IMG/VR virus record: IMGVR_UViG_3300045988_025679
Coordinates: 1-30,607 of that record
DNA length: 30,607 nucleotides
Direction: 5' to 3' (one strand)
DNA from: a virus
Position numbers and translations under genes: made by a program. Positions within the stretch are counted from its first letter, which is position 1; each line of letters opens with the position of its first letter. Below the pieces are notes generated by a model. The model was not told the origin of the DNA, did no database searches, and saw only the letters and a program-made list of their open reading frames with translations. Positions 1 to 4,765 of the stretch are shown here, in pieces.

Positions 1-42
1 ATCTTTTGACTTTAGAGTTATGAGATGTTAATATACTTATGA

Positions 43-87
43 ACAACGGCCTTAGCGCCATTGATTATTACACAACGGCCTTAGCGC
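43..87 (+). repeat. 16-bp direct repeat ACAACGGCCTTAGCGC, two copies (43-58 and 72-87)
   Basis: Exact duplicate read directly from the sequence. It forms a GC-rich island in AT-rich non-coding DNA beyond the lysis end of the phage. Function is unknown. Confidence 0.8.
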
Positions 88-94
88 TATATAG

Positions 95-126
95 AAAGTC
101 ACTGATTTATTTTAGTGACTTTTTTA
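95..126 (+). terminator. Rho-independent terminator-like hairpin
   Basis: 9-bp stem AAAGTCACT (95-103) / AGTGACTTT (114-122) with a 10-nt loop, running into TTTTTATT. It would terminate a plus-strand transcript entering from left of the window. Confidence 0.4.
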
Positions 127-228
127 TTATCAAATCTATGGATGCTTAATTAATGCTGAAGAAGAGATTTTGAACGCAACTTCAAATTTTTAAGACATAA
201 TTAAGATATAATTCAACATAAAATTATT

Positions 229-255
229 AAATCCCCTTTATATAAAAGGGGATTT
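229..255. terminator. Perfect 11-bp palindromic hairpin, possible bidirectional terminator
   Basis: AAATCCCCTTT (229-239), loop ATATA, AAAGGGGATTT (245-255). It has a CCCC/GGGG core with A/T runs on both sides and lies in the intergenic zone between the phage lysis end and the flanking DNA. Confidence 0.35.
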
Positions 256-390
256 TGCTTAGTTAGTAAATTTTTCGTAGATGTATGCCTTGTTTATGCA
301 TATGATTTATACTTTATATAAAGGTATGTGTTTCATGTAAAATATTACTTTTTAATACTTTTAAAAAATAATAAGTCAAATTCAAGTCAT

Positions 391-422
391 AAAAAAGAAC
401 CTACGCATTACACGTAGGCTTC
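391..422 (-). terminator. Rho-independent terminator of the late/lysis operon
   Basis: On the minus strand, immediately after the endolysin stop: stem CCTACG/CGTAGG (400-405/413-418), 7-nt loop, then TTCTTTTTT. Confidence 0.6.
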
Positions 423-429
423 ATTATAT

Positions 430-1524
430 TTATGCAATTTCTGTTAACGGTGTTGGGTCAACCCAAACGCCACCAATCTTGACAATATTCTTTTGAACAT
501 TCACTGCATCGACTCTGATTCTAGATACATAGACTACTGCATTTGTAGTATGCAATACATTGTCATTATATCCATCTGAGTTTGGTACTTTATCTACCAA
601 ACGAATTGGAAACCAACCACCTAGTTGAGCAAGGTATGCACATAAATCATCGCCAATTTTCTTCAATCCTTGATTACCGATTTTCATGTGTACAGATGTA
701 ACATAGCTGCCTTCATGCAGAATTTGGTCGATAACTTCTGCACTAGACTGTGTTGTTCCAACTGGTGTATGGGGGTCTGTATCAATACCCACATCATTCG
801 TCCATCCAATAGCTACTCCATTACGATCAACACGATATGGATATTTAGCACCTTTGATTACTCTACCAATTGAACCGTTCCAATCCCCTTTTAAGATTTT
901 AGAAGTTCCGTAACAGTTTACGCTTAATGTATTTGTGCAGATAGGTGTACCGACTGAATACTTTTCACCACTTGGAGTGTTTGGAGTACTTTGAGTACTT
1001 GGTGCTACTGTTTGACCATCCAATCTAGCATTTACTTCTTGTGCTAATTGAGGCATTTTCGAATGTAAATAAGGGCCAGGACAAGATGTTGCTGCGAACA
1101 TTCTATGTTCTGTCAAACTTCCAGTTGAATCACCAGTGTAGTTTAATCTGAATCCATATCGTTTACATACGTCCACGCATAGATTTACTAATGCATTCCA
1201 TGCTTTTGGTGAGATTGTCCACGTATCTGTATTATCATTAGCAATCTCAATTGTGATAGCTTGGCAATCGTTATAGTAGTTTGATGATGTCCACGCTCTG
1301 TTTTCTTCGTCAACATTTGCTACAATCGTACCATCTGAACCAATACAATAGTTTGCACTCGCATTACGTCCGCTTACTTGGAATGACTGAGCGCATCGTT
1401 CTGCAGTCCATTCGCAAGCCATATGATGAGGTGTGATTTTACATATCTTGTAACCACCACGACCACGCATATAGTTATCTGCACTAGCAGGAATATATTT
1501 ATTAGTTAAGCTTGAATATGACAT
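430..1524 (-). CDS. Endolysin: N-acetylmuramoyl-L-alanine amidase (Amidase_2/PGRP-type) with a C-terminal cell-wall-binding region
   Basis: 364-aa ORF. Motifs ITPHHMA, ASANYCIGSDGTIV..ENRAWTS, AITIEIAN and TEHRMF..TSCPG are typical of zinc amidase_2 lysins. It is the last gene of the late operon, after the holin. An AGGTG ribosome-binding site (RBS) lies 7 nt upstream. Confidence 0.85.
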   Translation of the reverse strand: MSYSSLTNKYIPASADNYMRGRGGYKICKITPHHMACEWTAERCAQSFQVSGRNASANYCIGSDGTIVANVDEENRAWTSSNYYNDCQAITIEIANDNTDTWTISPKAWNALVNLCVDVCKRYGFRLNYTGDSTGSLTEHRMFAATSCPGPYLHSKMPQLAQEVNARLDGQTVAPSTQSTPNTPSGEKYSVGTPICTNTLSVNCYGTSKILKGDWNGSIGRVIKGAKYPYRVDRNGVAIGWTNDVGIDTDPHTPVGTTQSSAEVIDQILHEGSYVTSVHMKIGNQGLKKIGDDLCAYLAQLGGWFPIRLVDKVPNSDGYNDNVLHTTNAVVYVSRIRVDAVNVQKNIVKIGGVWVDPTPLTEIA

Positions 1525-1610
1525 TCTTCTTCACCTTCTTCTTTGCCATTTGATAGCTCTAATTGAGCTTCTTCTGATAATTCTTCAAATTTTACTTCTT
1601 TTTCTTCCAT
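1506..1610 (-). CDS. Small, highly acidic 34-aa ORF inside the lysis cassette (MEEKEVKFEELSEEAQLELSNGKEEGEEECHIQA)
   Basis: Below the ORF-track cutoff and translated by hand. A perfect AGGAGG lies 7 nt upstream of the ATG and overlaps the stop of the upstream gene. Its 3' end overlaps the endolysin start by 19 nt. Confidence 0.45.
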   Translation of the reverse strand: MEEKEVKFEELSEEAQLELSNGKEEGEEECHIQA

Positions 1611-1622
1611 AAATTTTGCCTC

Positions 1623-2021
1623 CTAATTTTTTTCGACTAAAAAGTCTTGAATTTCCTTTCGCGTAGCCTTCAGGCTTTCTTTATCATCTTCAGATAACAT
1701 TCCGTCAAGAATGGCCATGTTCGCTTTTAACATCAGATCGCCCCGCTCTTTATCAGCCTCAAGCCTTTGCTCGTGTTCAGACAAAAGTTGAGAATGCTTA
1801 TTTAGTTCTGCTTTGATACCTTCCTGAGCAATCAATAATGTTTCGATTGACTTGATTCGTTCATTATCGCGTTTCAACCATTCTTCATGCCTTCTAACTG
1901 TTTCTTTTAAGTCGTCATTCGGCTTTTTAAAATCTTTGTAAACCTTCCAAGCGCCACCGATAGTGATGACTGCTCCGCATACCAATAAGAATTGGCGGAC
2001 TGCAATTATAATTTCATCCAT
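1623..2021 (-). CDS. Membrane-anchored coiled-coil protein of the lysis cassette; function unknown, possibly a holin accessory
   Basis: 132 aa. It has an N-terminal hydrophobic helix (IIIAVRQFLLVCGAVITIGGAW) followed by a charged heptad-rich region. It sits between the holin and the endolysin. Confidence 0.6.
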   Translation of the reverse strand: MDEIIIAVRQFLLVCGAVITIGGAWKVYKDFKKPNDDLKETVRRHEEWLKRDNERIKSIETLLIAQEGIKAELNKHSQLLSEHEQRLEADKERGDLMLKANMAILDGMLSEDDKESLKATRKEIQDFLVEKN

Positions 2022-2035
2022 TGCAGACCACCGAA

Positions 2036-2251
2036 TTAATTTTCTTTCGTTGTTTCAACTTCTGGTAAGCCGGCCAAAGATGTCAAAAGCGATAAGATTC
2101 CTGCCAAAGCAGTGCTTGATACCACAACTTTAATATCCACCTGTTCCATCAATTGTGATGTTCCAATCATCGCGATTGCAGTTTGACACATTGTTTTTAA
2201 GCAGCGTGTGCAAGCTGCATTCCACCACTTAACATTTTTTAATTGTTCCAT
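2036..2251 (-). CDS. Holin (phi-LC3 / r1t-like small holin)
   Basis: Start refined to ATG 2251 (MEQLKNVKWW...), with AAGGAG 8 nt upstream and directly after the stop of the 2256-2480 gene. The protein is 71 aa with the RCLKTMCQTAIAMIG motif, a second hydrophobic segment and a charged C-terminus. It lies upstream of the endolysin. Confidence 0.7.
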   Translation of the reverse strand: MEQLKNVKWWNAACTRCLKTMCQTAIAMIGTSQLMEQVDIKVVVSSTALAGILSLLTSLAGLPEVETTKEN

Positions 2252-2255
2252 ATCT

Positions 2256-2480
2256 CTATCTCTCCTTACTAACTCCATAATTATCCACAATGTGCCAGTC
2301 ATCACATGCACAATTGCTGATTGTATACACGATATCGTCTGAATCTGTTAATTTGAAATCAACACCATCTTTTGTGTGGATCATGATGATTCCATCTACG
2401 ATATGCCAATATCCAGTCCAATGACTACGTGCCACCTTGTGGCCACGTGTCATAGATATAAATGCAGATGCAAAATTCAT
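2256..2480 (-). CDS. DUF2829-like small protein (the family that contains the Tad2 anti-Thoeris sponges)
   Basis: 74 aa. The N-terminus MNFASAFISMTRGHKVARSHWTG fits the DUF2829 signature (M-x-F-x-x-A...G-x-K-V-x-R-x-x-W). The C-terminal DDWHIV matches the family's DW-x-I/V ending. Confidence 0.5.
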   Translation of the reverse strand: MNFASAFISMTRGHKVARSHWTGYWHIVDGIIMIHTKDGVDFKLTDSDDIVYTISNCACDDWHIVDNYGVSKER

Positions 2481-2493
2481 ATACAGTTACCTC

Positions 2494-2742
2494 CTAGATC
2501 AACTCAACATTTTCAATCTTTGTACGAATAACAAGGATGTCCATATATCTTTTCATGGCATCTAATTGAAGATCATAGATTTCTCTTGGACAAGTCGGTT
2601 TGAAATTCAACTTTCCTTCATCCCATTTTTCGCACATAGCTTTCAATTTGTCGTGACGAATCTTTACTTGAAAATACTCGCCTTTGAATCTGTCTTTGTA
2701 ATCTGCAGAGTTCATCAACTCTACTGTTTCATTTAACTCCAT
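2494..2742 (-). CDS. Hypothetical small helical phage protein
   Basis: 82-aa ORF with a GGAGG RBS upstream. It has a weak resemblance to small helical crAss001_48-type phage proteins (..KLKAM..., ..QLDAMKRYMDIL..). No function is assigned. Confidence 0.55.
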   Translation of the reverse strand: MELNETVELMNSADYKDRFKGEYFQVKIRHDKLKAMCEKWDEGKLNFKPTCPREIYDLQLDAMKRYMDILVIRTKIENVELI

Positions 2743-2752
2743 AACTTTCCTC

Positions 2753-3001
2753 CTATAATTTAGTTACATTTAACATCACATAGCCTTCTTTGAATCCATC
2801 GTTAGTAGTGATGCTGCGAATCTGTGTCATTCTAAATAAACCAGTATCCATTTCTTTTCCTTCGTCTAACGATACTTGTTTAAATAACACATAATCTTGT
2901 TCATTGATTTGCTCATCAGTCAAATCAAGAATAATAAAATCGTGTTCTTGGAAAAAATTCCATAATTTAGTATTTAAATTGATTTCATGTGTTTTAACCA
3001 T
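2753..3001 (-). CDS. DUF3850-like (ASCH/PUA-fold) small protein
   Basis: 82 aa. THEINL at the N-terminus and GFKEGYVMLNV at the C-terminus resemble the DUF3850 pattern (HELKI ... GLKEGYVVLSI). A GGAGG RBS is present. Confidence 0.5.
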   Translation of the reverse strand: MVKTHEINLNTKLWNFFQEHDFIILDLTDEQINEQDYVLFKQVSLDEGKEMDTGLFRMTQIRSITTNDGFKEGYVMLNVTKL

Positions 3002-3044
3002 TTAAAATCCTCCTATTAATATAAAAAAAGCGAGGTAAACAAAA

Positions 3045-3938
3045 ATGCTATATTCTGACAAATTACATTCTTGGTTAAAAGAAAAGAAAATCTATCTAAA
3101 ATACAGCACTTACACAAATTATTGTAATGTGATTCATAATCACGTATTGCCAACACTTGGCACATATAAAATTGAAGAATTGAATAACGATATTCTGCAA
3201 GAGTTTATTCTTCAAAAACTTGAAAATGGTCGTAAAGATGGAAAAGGTGGCATTTCTTTTAAATATGCCAAAGACATTATTCAAATTCTGAAGTTCACAC
3301 TTCCATTTAAAATCGATATTCAACTTCCATACCATCCTCCTACGGCGGTAGAAATTTTTGAAAAAGAAAATCAAATCTCATTGATTAATCACCTCCAATC
3401 TGAGATTAATTACAAAAACTTTGGAATCCTGTTATGCATCCACACTGGAATACGCATAGGTGAACTATGCGCTTTGAAATGGTCTGATATAAACATTCAA
3501 ACCAAATTGTTAAAAATAGATAAAACCATGATACGTACATACACAAAAGAAGACGGTAGTCATCTTTCAATAACACCGCCTAAATCACGTTCTAGCACTC
3601 GTATGATTCCTCTTAACGCTTGGATAATGCATTATGCTATATTGCTTCAAGGTGATGCAGATAACTATGTATTAACGAATCGAGATAAACCGATAGAGCC
3701 TAATAAATACAGGCTTTACTACAATCGACTACTTAAAGACCTTGAACTTCCACACCTCAAATTCCACGCATTAAGACACACATTTGCAACAAGATGCATT
3801 GAATGTGGTTGTGATTATAAATCACTTAGTGAATTACTTGGCCATTCCAATGTTTCGATCACTATGAATATCTACGTTCATCCTCAAATGGAATTAAAAA
3901 GAAAATGTGTAGAATTACTTTGCGATTACTACAAGTAA
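3045..3938 (+). CDS. Tyrosine site-specific recombinase, proposed shufflon invertase (Rci/CreX-like role)
   Basis: 297 aa. It has an N-terminal SAM-like core-binding region and the catalytic signature: box I HTGIRIGELCALKWSDI, PPKSRSSTRMIPL, box II HALRHTFAT, LGHSNVSIT and nucleophile Tyr in MNIYVH (Y277). It is the only full-length plus-strand gene, and its stop codon lies 2 nt from the left inverted repeat of the cassette segment. Confidence 0.9.
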   Translation: MLYSDKLHSWLKEKKIYLKYSTYTNYCNVIHNHVLPTLGTYKIEELNNDILQEFILQKLENGRKDGKGGISFKYAKDIIQILKFTLPFKIDIQLPYHPPTAVEIFEKENQISLINHLQSEINYKNFGILLCIHTGIRIGELCALKWSDINIQTKLLKIDKTMIRTYTKEDGSHLSITPPKSRSSTRMIPLNAWIMHYAILLQGDADNYVLTNRDKPIEPNKYRLYYNRLLKDLELPHLKFHALRHTFATRCIECGCDYKSLSELLGHSNVSITMNIYVHPQMELKRKCVELLCDYYK

Positions 3939-3940
3939 AT

Positions 3941-3977
3941 GTATGTCTTTTACTACTGATTCGAGCGGTGGTGAATA
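3941..3977 (+). repeat. Recombination site B (cassette 1): GTATGTCTTTTAC core inside a 37-bp perfect inverted repeat
   Basis: GTATGTCTTTTACTACTGATTCGAGCGGTGGTGAATA is identical to the reverse complement of 5034-5070. Confidence 0.85.
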
Positions 3978-4221
3978 CTATCATAAACTTACACGTGAAG
4001 AGCTACCGAGCCATACGCATTGGATCTTAGACCAACAAACTGATGTAACCACTGCATTATATGGTAATCCATATAGTGATGTACCTTTTACGAGAGCCAC
4101 TGAACGTGCTAATAGAACTAATTATTATTGGTACGGTCAAACATGGCCAACAGGCGGAAACAAACCACACGATAATGTACAACCTTACGTGGTAACTTAC
4201 TTTTGGAGACGTATCAAGTAG
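3943..4221 (+). CDS. Silent tail-fibre C-terminal cassette 1 (92 aa)
   Basis: The cassette begins MSFTTDSSGGEYYHKLTREELPSHTH and ends HDNVQPYVVTYFWRRIK, parallel to the last 100 aa of the 629-aa fibre. There is no Shine-Dalgarno sequence before the ATG. Its orientation is opposite to the fibre gene. Confidence 0.8.
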   Translation: MSFTTDSSGGEYYHKLTREELPSHTHWILDQQTDVTTALYGNPYSDVPFTRATERANRTNYYWYGQTWPTGGNKPHDNVQPYVVTYFWRRIK

Positions 4222-4494
4222 CTATTTTACCCTTCGCCAAAAGAAAACAACTAAATATGGTTGCACGTTATTGTGTGGAATATTGCCACCAGATCCATTT
4301 GTATGAATACTATTTACATTGTGACTTTGACCATCAGAATGATGCGAACCATTAATGGCCATAAATTCCCACGGAGTAGTTGTTAAAACGCCAGACGTAC
4401 CCCATATACCAACTTCGTGTGCGTGAGCAGGCATTTCAGAATATGATAACGTATGATAGTATTCACCACCTTCAGAATTGGTTGTAAATGACAT
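4222..4494 (-). CDS. Silent tail-fibre C-terminal cassette 2 (90 aa from the internal Met)
   Basis: The homologous part starts at MSFTTNSEGGEYYHTLSYSEMPAHAH (ATG 4494) and ends HNNVQPYLVVFFWRRVK. The 20 extra codons in the ORF track (to 4554) run antisense across the cassette 3 start and are probably not meaningful. No RBS is present. Confidence 0.75.
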   Translation of the reverse strand: MSFTTNSEGGEYYHTLSYSEMPAHAHEVGIWGTSGVLTTTPWEFMAINGSHHSDGQSHNVNSIHTNGSGGNIPHNNVQPYLVVFFWRRVK

Positions 4495-4496
4495 AC
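4480..4496 (-). repeat. Recombination site C (cassette 2)
   Basis: The reverse complement reads GTATGTCATTTACAACC and shares the GTATGTC-W-TTTAC core with the other three sites. Confidence 0.75.
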
Positions 4497-4514
4497 CTAT
4501 ATAACCGATTAAAA

Positions 4515-4531
4515 GTATGTCATTTACATCC
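4515..4531 (+). repeat. Recombination site D (cassette 3)
   Basis: GTATGTCATTTACATCC. It forms a 14-bp perfect inverted repeat with site C across an 18-bp spacer (4497-4514). Confidence 0.75.
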
Positions 4532-4765
4532 GGAAAAACATACGGAGAATACAAGCACCAACTAACAATACAAGAAATGCCTAATCATGCGCATAAATTT
4601 AATGACTGCGCTTGGATTGACGGAAAAGGAAATATCCAATCCGCATCAAATAACTCATGGTTTAATGGTGGCTATATGAGTAATACAACAAACACAGGAG
4701 GAAACCAAGCACATAATAATTTACAGCCATCCATTGTAACTTACTTTTGGAAACGAATTAAATAA
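4517..4765 (+). CDS. Silent tail-fibre C-terminal cassette 3 (82 aa)
   Basis: MSFTSGKTYGEYKHQLTIQEMPNHAH ... HNNLQPSIVTYFWKRIK. There is no RBS. Its stop codon abuts the stop codon of the expressed fibre gene. Confidence 0.8.
   Translation: MSFTSGKTYGEYKHQLTIQEMPNHAHKFNDCAWIDGKGNIQSASNNSWFNGGYMSNTTNTGGNQAHNNLQPSIVTYFWKRIK

Noticed and set aside
3045-3938. The tyrosine recombinase read as the ordinary prophage integrase
   Set aside because: It sits inside the late region between the fibre and lysis genes, not next to a repressor or att site. Its stop is 2 nt from a 37-bp inverted repeat that delimits the cassette segment. At 297 aa it is shorter than I would expect for a typical phage integrase. 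This reading cannot be fully excluded without the element ends, so it is listed as the refutation test for the main finding.
4480-4531. The 14-bp inverted repeat with an 18-nt spacer read as a transcription terminator
   Set aside because: There is no T-run on either side. Both arms are the conserved recombination cores at the starts of two cassettes, which explains the symmetry.
4495-4554. A 20-codon N-terminal extension of the cassette 2 ORF (MYSPYVFPDVNDILLIGYIG)
   Set aside because: Homology to the other cassettes begins exactly at the internal MSFTT. The extension runs antisense across the cassette 3 start, has no RBS, and is most simply a chance open frame.
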